A DNA stretch of 64,000 nucleotides from Candidatus Sulfotelmatobacter sp. Lineage in GTDB: Bacteria > Acidobacteriota > Terriglobia > Terriglobales > Acidobacteriaceae. Each line of letters begins with the position of its first letter. The first letter of the stretch is position 1. Below are positions 57,033 to 64,000 of the stretch, piece by piece. The stretch lies in the NCBI GenBank assembly GCA_036514015.1, contig DATBYA010000115.1:24113-88112 (forward strand), in the 5' to 3' direction. The notes under the pieces were generated by a model. It saw only the letters and a list, made by a program, of their open reading frames with translations. It ran no database searches and was not told the origin of the DNA. A program made the position numbers and the translations under genes.

Positions 57033-58403
57033 TCAAGTTTCTTTGTCCGCCTCGTCGGTGATTCCGATCTTTGACAGGCGGTAACGCAACGCATTGCGCG
57101 AGAGTCCCAGCAGTCGAGCGGCCTGACTCTTGTTGCCATTGGCGCGACGCAGGGCTTCCTGCACCATCTCGTCTTCCCACTGCTCCAGGGTCATGCCGTC
57201 GGGAAGAAATCCGCCGGCGTCATTCCCGGCTTTTGCCGGGCGCACATCCAGGTGGATGTCGGATGGGCCGAGCACGCTGCCTTTGGCCAGCGCGCAGGCC
57301 CGCTCGACAATGTTCTGCAGCTCGCGAACATTTCCCGGCCAGTGATAGCTCACGAGAATTTTCATCGCCTCAGGAGTAATGCCTTCGACGGGCTTGCCGG
57401 ATTCTCCGGTGAAACCGGAGACGAACAGGTTCACCAGATCGGGAATATCCTCCTTCCGTTCGCGCAACGGCGCAATGTCGATGGGGACGACATTCAGACG
57501 ATAGTAGAGATCTTCGCGAAAGGTGCCTTGCTCGAGCGCCTGGCGCAGATCCTTGTTGGTGGCGGCAATGAGGCGCACGTCGACCTTCACGGTACGCGTT
57601 CCGCCCAGGCGTTCGAACTCGCGCTCCTGCAGTACACGCAATAATTTGACTTGCGTTACCGGCGGCACGTCGCCGATCTCGTCGAGGAAGAGCGTTCCTT
57701 TATCCGCAAGTTCGAACTTGCCGGGCTTACTGGCAACGGCCCCGGTGAAGGCTCCTTTTTCAAAGCCGAACAATTCGCTTTCCAGAAGATTTTCAGGAAT
57801 GGCAGTGCTGTTGATCTTCAGGAAGGGGCCTGAAGCACGACGCGATTTTTCGTGAATGGCGCGCGCGATCAAGTCTTTGCCCACACCGCTTTCGCCGCCC
57901 AGAAGCACGGTGGAATTGGTCGGGGCGACCCGCTCCACGGTGGCCAGCACTTCCTGCATTTTCGGGCTGCGGGCAACGATGTTGGGATGCGAAAAGCGCT
58001 TGCCCAGGGCCTCGCGCAGCGAGCGGTTCTCTTCCCGCAGATCGCGTACATCGAGTTCTTTGTGGATGACCATCCGCATCTCGGTCAGCGAAAACGGTTT
58101 CAAAACGTAGTCGCTGGCCCCGGCCTTCATGGCCTCGACGGCGGTTTCGACACTGCCGAAAGCAGTCATCACAACGACCGGCAGAATTGCGTTCTGACGC
58201 TTAATGGTCTGCAGAAATTCCAGACCGTTCATGCCGGGAAGCTTCAGGTCGGTCAAGATGAGATCGATGGGATGTTCGCGCAGCAGTTTGAGGCCGCTTT
58301 CGGCATCTCCGGCAGAAACCGTGGCGAATCCGTCGTCGCCAAGATTTAGCTCGAGCAAGCGGCGCATCTTGGCCTCATCCTCGACGATCAGAATGGTCGG
58401 CAT
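57033..58403 (-). CDS. NtrC-family response regulator / sigma-54 activator
   Basis: REC: ILIVEDEAKMRRLL...LILTDLKLPGMNG...VLKPF. AAA+: VLLGGESGVGKD, GFEKGAFTGAVASKPGKFELADKGTLFLDEIG. HTH: GNKSQAARLLGLSRNALRYRLSKIG. Confidence 0.9.
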   Translation of the reverse strand: MPTILIVEDEAKMRRLLELNLGDDGFATVSAGDAESGLKLLREHPIDLILTDLKLPGMNGLEFLQTIKRQNAILPVVVMTAFGSVETAVEAMKAGASDYVLKPFSLTEMRMVIHKELDVRDLREENRSLREALGKRFSHPNIVARSPKMQEVLATVERVAPTNSTVLLGGESGVGKDLIARAIHEKSRRASGPFLKINSTAIPENLLESELFGFEKGAFTGAVASKPGKFELADKGTLFLDEIGDVPPVTQVKLLRVLQEREFERLGGTRTVKVDVRLIAATNKDLRQALEQGTFREDLYYRLNVVPIDIAPLRERKEDIPDLVNLFVSGFTGESGKPVEGITPEAMKILVSYHWPGNVRELQNIVERACALAKGSVLGPSDIHLDVRPAKAGNDAGGFLPDGMTLEQWEDEMVQEALRRANGNKSQAARLLGLSRNALRYRLSKIGITDEADKET

Positions 58404-58440
58404 AGATCGGTCTTCCTCGCTTCACGGAATCTTCCGGGGC

Positions 58441-59802
58441 TCATGAGATCACCAGATGAGCCGTTTCTCCGACGGCGGTCTGCGCACTGGCGGCGGGGAA
58501 AAAAATCACGAACCGCGCGCCCTGACTTGGTTCACGCTTCCCTGGCTCACTCGAGCCTGTGGCGACTTCGCCGGCGGAATCTTCCGGAGCTTCGATGCGA
58601 ATCGTACCCTGATGTCCATCAATAATTTTCGAGACGATGGACAGTCCCAGGCCGACGCCGCTTTTCTTGGTGGTCACGAAGGGATTAAAGATTTGTTCCC
58701 GCAACTGCACAGGAATCCCAGGCCCGGTGTCTGCAATGCGCACTTCGACCCCGTCGAGCCTGCCGCCGTTACGGCTCTCCGCACTCGATTTGCGGACATC
58801 GACGAAAAGCTTGCCTCCGCCGGAACCCATGGCATCGTAGCCATTCTGCACAATATTAACGAATGCCTGCTCGCACAGGCTCTCATCCAGCGGCACCAGT
58901 GGCAGATCAGGCTCATACTTTTTCTCCACCCGAACCTCTCCTCCCTTCCAAAACTGCGCCACATCATTCAAGGCACGATCGAGAACCGTGGTGATGTCTT
59001 GCGCCGTCAGATCCGCGTGCAGCGGACGGGCGAAATCCAGGAAGCGCGTGACCAGGGCGCCCAGCCGGTTGGTTTCCGTCGAAATATATCCCGCCAGTTC
59101 GGTGGCCAGCGGATTGGAGTCTCCCAGCTTCTGGGTCAGCATTTCCGCCGAGCCTTTGATGACTCCCAGGGGATTGCGGATCTCGTGGGCCAGTCCGGCG
59201 GAAAGCTGACCGAGGGCGGCCAATCGTTCGGAGCGCCGCGCCTCGGCCTGCGCCTGCTCCAGGCGGCGGTTGGTCTCGGCCAGAGTCGCGGCGAGTTCCT
59301 GATAGCGCCGGGTCTGGCGCCGGCTCTCGATGACAAAACGGTTGACCACCATGGCCGCGAGGAAAAAAAAGACGATGCGGATCGCCAGCCGTCCGTAATC
59401 CTCGGAGGAAATGTCGTACTCCTGCAACGCGGGATAGAGATAGGAACAGTAGGCGGCCGAGGCCAGCGAGGTCCACAGCAAGGTGGCCCAGGGGCCGAAA
59501 AATTCCGCCGCCGTGACCGCAGGCAAGTAGTAAATGGGATAGTAATAACTGTTGATCGGGATTTCTCCCGTGTGATCCACCAGGAGCGTGGCCAGGGCGA
59601 TCTTTAACAGGACCAGATAAATCGGGGCGCGGCGAGGCACGCGGGCAATCAACCAACCCTCGCTCAATTGCAGTACGCCGAAGGCAAGCAAGATGAATTG
59701 CTTGTGGATCTCCTTGACTGGCGGCAGGACAGCGAGTAAGGCTAGCAACACCAGCCACAGGACATCCATCCAGTTAATGGTGGGACGCTTGGCTTCGATC
59801 AT
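58441..59802 (-). CDS. Membrane sensor histidine kinase (5-6 TM N-terminal domain, HisKA, HATPase_c)
   Basis: The hydrophobic N-terminal 160 aa are followed by a coiled coil, H-box LSAGLAHEIRNPLGVI, N-box FVNIVQNGYDAM, and G-boxes DTGPGIP and GVGLGLSIV. Confidence 0.9.
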   Translation of the reverse strand: MIEAKRPTINWMDVLWLVLLALLAVLPPVKEIHKQFILLAFGVLQLSEGWLIARVPRRAPIYLVLLKIALATLLVDHTGEIPINSYYYPIYYLPAVTAAEFFGPWATLLWTSLASAAYCSYLYPALQEYDISSEDYGRLAIRIVFFFLAAMVVNRFVIESRRQTRRYQELAATLAETNRRLEQAQAEARRSERLAALGQLSAGLAHEIRNPLGVIKGSAEMLTQKLGDSNPLATELAGYISTETNRLGALVTRFLDFARPLHADLTAQDITTVLDRALNDVAQFWKGGEVRVEKKYEPDLPLVPLDESLCEQAFVNIVQNGYDAMGSGGGKLFVDVRKSSAESRNGGRLDGVEVRIADTGPGIPVQLREQIFNPFVTTKKSGVGLGLSIVSKIIDGHQGTIRIEAPEDSAGEVATGSSEPGKREPSQGARFVIFFPAASAQTAVGETAHLVIS

Positions 59803-59838
59803 TTTTCTTCTGTCATTTTGCTTCCGTCATTTTGCTTC
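59799..59838 (-). repeat. Three tandem copies of a 14-nt unit that includes the kinase start codon
   Basis: The minus strand reads GAAGCAAAATGACg GAAGCAAAATGACa GAAGAAAAATGATc GAAGCC... Each unit carries an ATG. The first two open 5-codon mini-ORFs (MTEAK*, MTEEK*), and each TGA overlaps the next ATG. Confidence 0.6.
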
Positions 59839-60001
59839 GACGACCCGGCTTCGCACGGGAACACCGCGCACGAAAACCGATTCGCTTAAAAGACTACGCC
59901 GGGAGCGGTTGCGATTCTCCCGGCGTCTGCCCTTGATTGGTTGTCTGGTCCGCGAAACCCATCGCATGCGAACCTATCACATCGCAAGCAGCCCCTGGAC
60001 G

Positions 60002-62002
60002 TCAACGGCCTTTCTTGGACGGGCTCTGTGATTTCGGTTCCGATGCCCGCGGCGCGGGCGGGGCCGGCCTTGACGGCGGCGGAGCAGCAGGACGCTGTTG
60101 ATGCCATTGATTGAATTTTTGCTCCTGCTGCTGCTCCTGTTGCGGGCTGCGCTGCTCGACCGGCGGAGCGGGCCGAACCAGCGGATGCATCCCTTCTGAA
60201 GACGGCCGATTGGCAGGCTGCGCATTGGCACTGTCGGGCCGCTGCACGTTCTCCGGCTCCGGAGTTCCCTGCTGCTCGTAAGTCCGCGGTTGCGTCTGCG
60301 GGAGTTGTCTTACCTGATTATTCCCACTGCTGGGTTGAGTGAACGGCCGGAAGCCATCTATGGTTGGCGTTGTCGCCGGCGTCAGCCGTCCGCCTGTACT
60401 TGTCTGAGCGGGCGGCGCGGCCCCCACAGGACGAACCAAGGCCTGCTGATTCAAATGTCCACCTGCCTGCGCCTGCCGCTGTTCGATGGAGCGCGAAGGC
60501 GCGGGAGGCGTCCTCACCGCCACTACCTGACGGCTCATCACCGCTGCCGGGGGCCTGACGGATGCGGGCCGTCCGGCGCCCGTCACGCTAGCGCGGATTG
60601 GTTCGGCTGTCACAACCCGAGTGACGGGCGCCGCGGCCAATTCCCTGGAATCAACTCTCATCAGGTTCTGTGCCACCGGGCGCGCATTCACAAACGCGTC
60701 GTGCGATACCACAGTGACGCCGTTCGCGACGTGCTGATTCACATATGAGATGTGGTTGACGGTGGTGCCTCGGTTCACGAACTCCGTGTTGTAAACGTTC
60801 GTGATCTTGGTGACGGTCACCGATGTATTGGTGAGGTTCACATTATTCACGTAGGCGCGGCTCACGCGATATGCGGGAAGATAAACTTCTCCCGGAGCAA
60901 GCGGGAACCATCCCACGCCAAGGCCCGCGGAGAAGCGGAAACCGGGTCCGCCGCCCACGAATGCGACCAGGGCTGGAGCCCAGATCGGCCGCACTACCAC
61001 CGGCCCGGGCACCCAGAACCAACCATTGTTGACAAAGGCCCAGCGCCCGTAGTGGAAGGGGGCGAATCCCCAGGGCTCGTCTTCGACCCAGGTCCAGCCC
61101 CAGCGGCCAACATAAATCCAATGACCAAAACGATAGGGAGCCCATCCCAGGACAACGGCCCGAGGGCGCCAGCAGGGACCGTAACCAGCCACGTAGCTCC
61201 AGTCGCCGTATTCGTCCAGATCCTCATACCCGGTCATTTCCCGGGAAACATAATTCGCCGAGTCGGCGCGGTCTTCGCTGTCGTCGCGTTCGAACGCCCA
61301 TGTATCCAAATCGTCGCGGTCGGGAAGTTGCGCGACCTGGTAGTCGAGGTGATCGCCGCCAGTGAACGTTGCGGATTGATTTGCCACCACCGTATAGGTA
61401 TCTCCGCCGCCCGTTACCCGGCCCCGGCCGTGCCAGACAGTGGTGATCGACTGACTTCCATCCTCGCTCACGTCGACCCGATATTCGCCGGGTTGCAACA
61501 GGCTGAAAGCGATGTTCGGCGTATCGATCTCGTAGTTGTCATCGTCATCGACGTGACGCACTCGCAGAATGAGCGAACCCTGTGCCAGGCGAATCTGCGT
61601 GGTGTGGTCGTCGAGCTCGAGGAAAGTGATTCCGGTCTTCGCTCCCAGGCGGATTGCCGCCGAACCGGCATGTACTTCGGCGCGGGAATCTTCGTCGGCC
61701 CAAAGGTCATCGCCGGTAACCATGGGCCGGTTGGGCACCCCGGAGACCCAGTCGTCTTCGCCAGCCGGACGAAATGAGATCGAGCCTTCAGAGAAGCTCA
61801 GACGCGCTACGCGGCCGGGCAGATCCTGGGATTGGTCCTGATCCGGACTTTGGTCGGGACTCTGGTTGGGGGTCTGACTAGGATCTGGATTCGGACTCTG
61901 ACCTTGGCCATCGTCCTGCGCTCTGGCGGTAAGCGAAACCTGCAGGATAAGTGCAAAGCTGGCCAGCAATAAAACCCAAGTCCACCACTTGCGCGTCTTC
62001 AT
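60002..62002 (-). CDS. Secreted FecR-like protein with Trp/Tyr-rich module and Pro/Gln-rich tail (paralog of 44043..46535)
   Basis: ATG 62002 with signal MKTRKWWTWVLLLASFALILQVSLTARAQ. VARLSFSEGSISFRPAGEDDWVSGVPNRPMVTGDDLWADEDSRAEV. W-rich block YGDWSYVAGYGPCWRPRAVVLGWAPYRFGHWIYVGRWGWTWVEDEPWGFAPFHYGRWAF. Confidence 0.7.
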   Translation of the reverse strand: MKTRKWWTWVLLLASFALILQVSLTARAQDDGQGQSPNPDPSQTPNQSPDQSPDQDQSQDLPGRVARLSFSEGSISFRPAGEDDWVSGVPNRPMVTGDDLWADEDSRAEVHAGSAAIRLGAKTGITFLELDDHTTQIRLAQGSLILRVRHVDDDDNYEIDTPNIAFSLLQPGEYRVDVSEDGSQSITTVWHGRGRVTGGGDTYTVVANQSATFTGGDHLDYQVAQLPDRDDLDTWAFERDDSEDRADSANYVSREMTGYEDLDEYGDWSYVAGYGPCWRPRAVVLGWAPYRFGHWIYVGRWGWTWVEDEPWGFAPFHYGRWAFVNNGWFWVPGPVVVRPIWAPALVAFVGGGPGFRFSAGLGVGWFPLAPGEVYLPAYRVSRAYVNNVNLTNTSVTVTKITNVYNTEFVNRGTTVNHISYVNQHVANGVTVVSHDAFVNARPVAQNLMRVDSRELAAAPVTRVVTAEPIRASVTGAGRPASVRPPAAVMSRQVVAVRTPPAPSRSIEQRQAQAGGHLNQQALVRPVGAAPPAQTSTGGRLTPATTPTIDGFRPFTQPSSGNNQVRQLPQTQPRTYEQQGTPEPENVQRPDSANAQPANRPSSEGMHPLVRPAPPVEQRSPQQEQQQEQKFNQWHQQRPAAPPPSRPAPPAPRASEPKSQSPSKKGR

Positions 62003-62230
62003 AGGTTCGCCCCGAAGGTGTTCGCTCCGACAGAATCGAAGTCCGTATCTCGTTGATCTTACCGACATCCCTGTAAACACAATAGAATCGGTTAAGTTTC
62101 CCTGGGTACGGAAGTGCTTGCCTGTGGCAGACTTGCTGTAGAAACCTTGCTTCGAATCTCTCTCTCGCCACGGTTCGAAAGTGCCGTTGGCAGAGACATA
62201 GCAAGCTACGTCTCTGCGACGGCTCCGCGG

Positions 62231-62788
62231 TTAGTTTTTCAGTTTAGGACGCTGGCAGGCATCCACGATCTTTGTAGGATCAATGGCGTCTTTGTCCACC
62301 TGCTCTTCCTTGATCTTTCCATCTTTGCCGATCAGGAAGTTTACCCGCCGGGCTGCGTGATATTCGTCTTTGTAGATGCCGTACTCGTGGGTTACTTTTC
62401 CGCCCCAATCGCTGAGAAGGGGGAAGGTTACACCAATTTGGTCGGCGAAGGCTTTGTTGGCGAAGGGACTATCCATGCTCACACCCAGGACCTGGGTGTC
62501 GGCTGCTTCCAGCGTTTTCAGGTTTTGCTGGAAGTTTTTCATTTGCTGGGTTCAACCACCGGTAAAGGCAAAGACGTAGAACGCCAGCACAACATTTTTC
62601 TTGTCGCGATAGTCGCTCAACTTCATCTCTTTCAGCTTACCTTCATCGAAGTATTTCAGCGTGAAGTCCGGCGCCACGTCGCCCACCTTGGGCATGCTCG
62701 AATCGTCTTTGGTTTGTGCGATCGCTGGCGCTGCCATCATCGCTAACAGCAGACTTGCCCACAGAAGTGCTAGCCTCGTTCTATGCAT
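62231..62788 (-). CDS. Secreted BCP/AhpC-TSA-type peroxiredoxin with in-frame TGA at the peroxidatic-Cys codon (candidate selenoprotein; otherwise a nonsense pseudogene)
   Basis: Track ORFs 62552..62932 and 62231..62542 share one frame and are split only by TGA 62554..62552. Joined they read ...[13 protein letters not shown][U]TQQMKNF...LGVSMDSPF...FPLLSDW. ATG 62788 follows GGAGGG, and the signal is [25 protein letters not shown]. Confidence 0.6.
62506..62534 (-). other. Candidate bacterial SECIS-like hairpin 17 nt downstream of the UGA
   Basis: mRNA CUUCCAGC-AAAACCUGAAAAC-GCUGGAAG forms a perfect 8-bp stem with a 13-nt loop. It has not been evaluated with a SECIS model. Confidence 0.35.
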
Positions 62789-62964
62789 TCTTGAACCCTC
62801 CAACGGTAGTAATTGCCCGGCATACCCCGCCGTGGCTGTATGGTACACCGGGAAGTACCTAACAATGTCATGGGACACATTGCCCAAGACCCCGGCAAAA
62901 CAGTACAGTTCTGTTCGGAGCCGATTGCCCACATTTAAGCAAGGACTCCGCCCCGATTGACGCG

Positions 62965-64000
62965 ATGAGCATTGCCACTCTGAACGACATTTTCTTCGCC
63001 GCGGTCGAACGCAACCTCGATCGCATGATGCTGTATCGCGAGGCCGGAAAGTGGTTGCCGGTGAGCTCTCGCGAATTTGGCCAGAGCGTCGCCAGAACCT
63101 CGCGTGCGCTGCATGCCTGGGGAATTCGAGCGGGGGATCGCGTTGCCATCCTCAGCGAAAATCGGCCCGAGTGGCCCATCGCCGACATGGCCAGCTTGTT
63201 ACTCGGCGCAGTCACAGTCCCGCTCTATACCACGCTCACCGCAGAACAGACTGCATTCGCCCTGAATGACTCAGGCTGCCGGGCCATTTTTCTGTCGTCC
63301 GCTCAGCAACTGCACAAGATCTTGTCGGTCCTTCCGCAGACCCTGATTAAGACAATTGCGGTCATGGACCCCTTGAACTTCCATGGGGATCTCGCTCCGT
63401 TCGCGGGCACCTGCGTAGCCATGAATCAAATAACGGCGCAAGGGCCGCAGGACCTGGACTCCGAGATCGAAAGCCGGGCGCGCCGGGTTGTCCCCGATGA
63501 TCTGGCCACCATCGTCTATACCTCGGGCACGACCGGCACTTCCAAAGGGGCGATGCTGACCCACGGCAACATCGCGTCCAACATTGACTATTCGCTGCGC
63601 GAGTTCGACATGCGCCCCGGCTTGACCAGCATTTCGTTTTTACCGCTCTGCCACATCACGGCGCGTCACGTGGACTTCGCCATGCTGTATCACGGAGTGA
63701 CGCTGGCCTATTGCCCCTTTCTAGATCAACTGCCGGCGAGCTTGTTGGAGGTGAAGCCTTCCCTCTTTGTTGCTGTGCCCCGCGTCTACGAAAAAATCTA
63801 TGCAGCGGCGGAGCAGAAAGCCAAGGGCCTGCCGAAACGCGTCATTTTCGATTGGGCTCTGTCGGTGGGCCAACACAATAAACCTGAAGTTCTTGCGGGA
63901 AAAACTCCCACCTCGCGCAGTTGGAAGCTGGCCAATAAGCTTGTCTTTTCAAAAATTCGGCAAGGCATGGGAGGGAAGGTGGAGACTTTCATCTCCGGCG
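62965..64000 (+). CDS. Long-chain acyl-CoA synthetase (AMP-dependent synthetase/ligase). Only the N-terminal part is present; it continues beyond the window.
   Basis: Absent from the ORF track because there is no stop before the window end. ATG 62965 gives [38 protein letters not shown]...[18 protein letters not shown]...[11 protein letters not shown]. The AMP-binding motif [21 protein letters not shown] starts at 63511. Confidence 0.85.
   Translation, partial: MSIATLNDIFFAAVERNLDRMMLYREAGKWLPVSSREFGQSVARTSRALHAWGIRAGDRVAILSENRPEWPIADMASLLLGAVTVPLYTTLTAEQTAFALNDSGCRAIFLSSAQQLHKILSVLPQTLIKTIAVMDPLNFHGDLAPFAGTCVAMNQITAQGPQDLDSEIESRARRVVPDDLATIVYTSGTTGTSKGAMLTHGNIASNIDYSLREFDMRPGLTSISFLPLCHITARHVDFAMLYHGVTLAYCPFLDQLPASLLEVKPSLFVAVPRVYEKIYAAAEQKAKGLPKRVIFDWALSVGQHNKPEVLAGKTPTSRSWKLANKLVFSKIRQGMGGKVETFISG

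Noticed and set aside
62188-62203. Well-spaced TGGCAG-N5-TAGCA on the plus strand.
   Set aside because: It points into the antisense strand of the peroxiredoxin gene, with no plus-strand gene downstream. It is probably a chance match.
62481-62499. Second hairpin ACACCCA-GGUCC-UGGGUGU as the SECIS.
   Set aside because: Its GGUCC loop is attractive, but it begins ~52 nt after the UGA, beyond the usual distance. The 62506..62534 stem is the better-placed candidate.
62231-62932. Alternative reading of the split peroxiredoxin as an ordinary nonsense pseudogene, and of 62789..62932 as its N-terminus.
   Set aside because: The pseudogene reading is not fully excluded, but it is disfavoured. The single stop is a TGA at the catalytic-Cys codon, both halves are intact, and a hairpin follows. 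The 48 codons upstream of ATG 62788 lack an RBS and precede a good signal peptide that has its own GGAGGG.

Overview
The window is 64 kb of high-GC chromosome, roughly 58-60% GC by eye. It is densely coded and has many long shadow ORFs antisense to real genes. Gene content points to an Acidobacteriota (Terriglobia-like) genome, but that is an inference with no search behind it. The supporting content is an XrtA/PEP-CTERM locus, a PadR plus duplicated-FtsX 'ADOP' permease pair, a giant SBBP-repeat protein and several sigma-54 activators.

Layout:
- 1-15.2 kb: exopolysaccharide export and exosortase locus. It holds an ExeA-like ATPase, a chain-length determinant, an outer-membrane barrel, a Wza-like exporter, xrtA, epsI, a PrsT-like TPR lipoprotein and one PEP-CTERM substrate. 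Its regulators are a GAFTGA-less EBP-like protein, an input-less EBP, a PilZ protein and a kinase/NtrC-type regulator pair.
- 15.4-20.2 kb: a 1180-aa SBBP-repeat surface protein, a 0.9-kb non-coding gap and a second PilZ gene.
- 20.3-23.4 kb: ccmEABCD, a variant System I with a CxxxY CcmE.
- 23.6-33.9 kb: housekeeping and envelope genes (ppa, cation antiporter, GntR, SPFH, M13 peptidase, thiC and others).
- 34-35.3 kb: a lower-GC orphan gene.
- 35.7-43.8 kb: a CadC-like regulator, trmJ-like gene, and an OmpR/kinase pair with a porin and a cupredoxin.
- 44-46.5 kb and 60-62 kb: two paralogous secreted FecR-like, Trp-rich proteins.
- 46.8-52 kb: an Anbu proteasome-like, ATP-grasp, alpha-E, transglutaminase cluster.
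- 52.4-55.4 kb: padR and the ADOP permease.
- 56-59.8 kb: a YdjC-like gene and an NtrC-type two-component pair.
- 62.2-62.8 kb: a peroxiredoxin interrupted by a single in-frame TGA at the catalytic-Cys codon, which makes it a candidate selenoprotein.
- 62.97 kb to the end: a partial acyl-CoA synthetase.

I found no rRNA, tRNA, CRISPR array or intact transposase. All family assignments come from motifs read in the translations and from memory of the families. Nothing was searched against a database.
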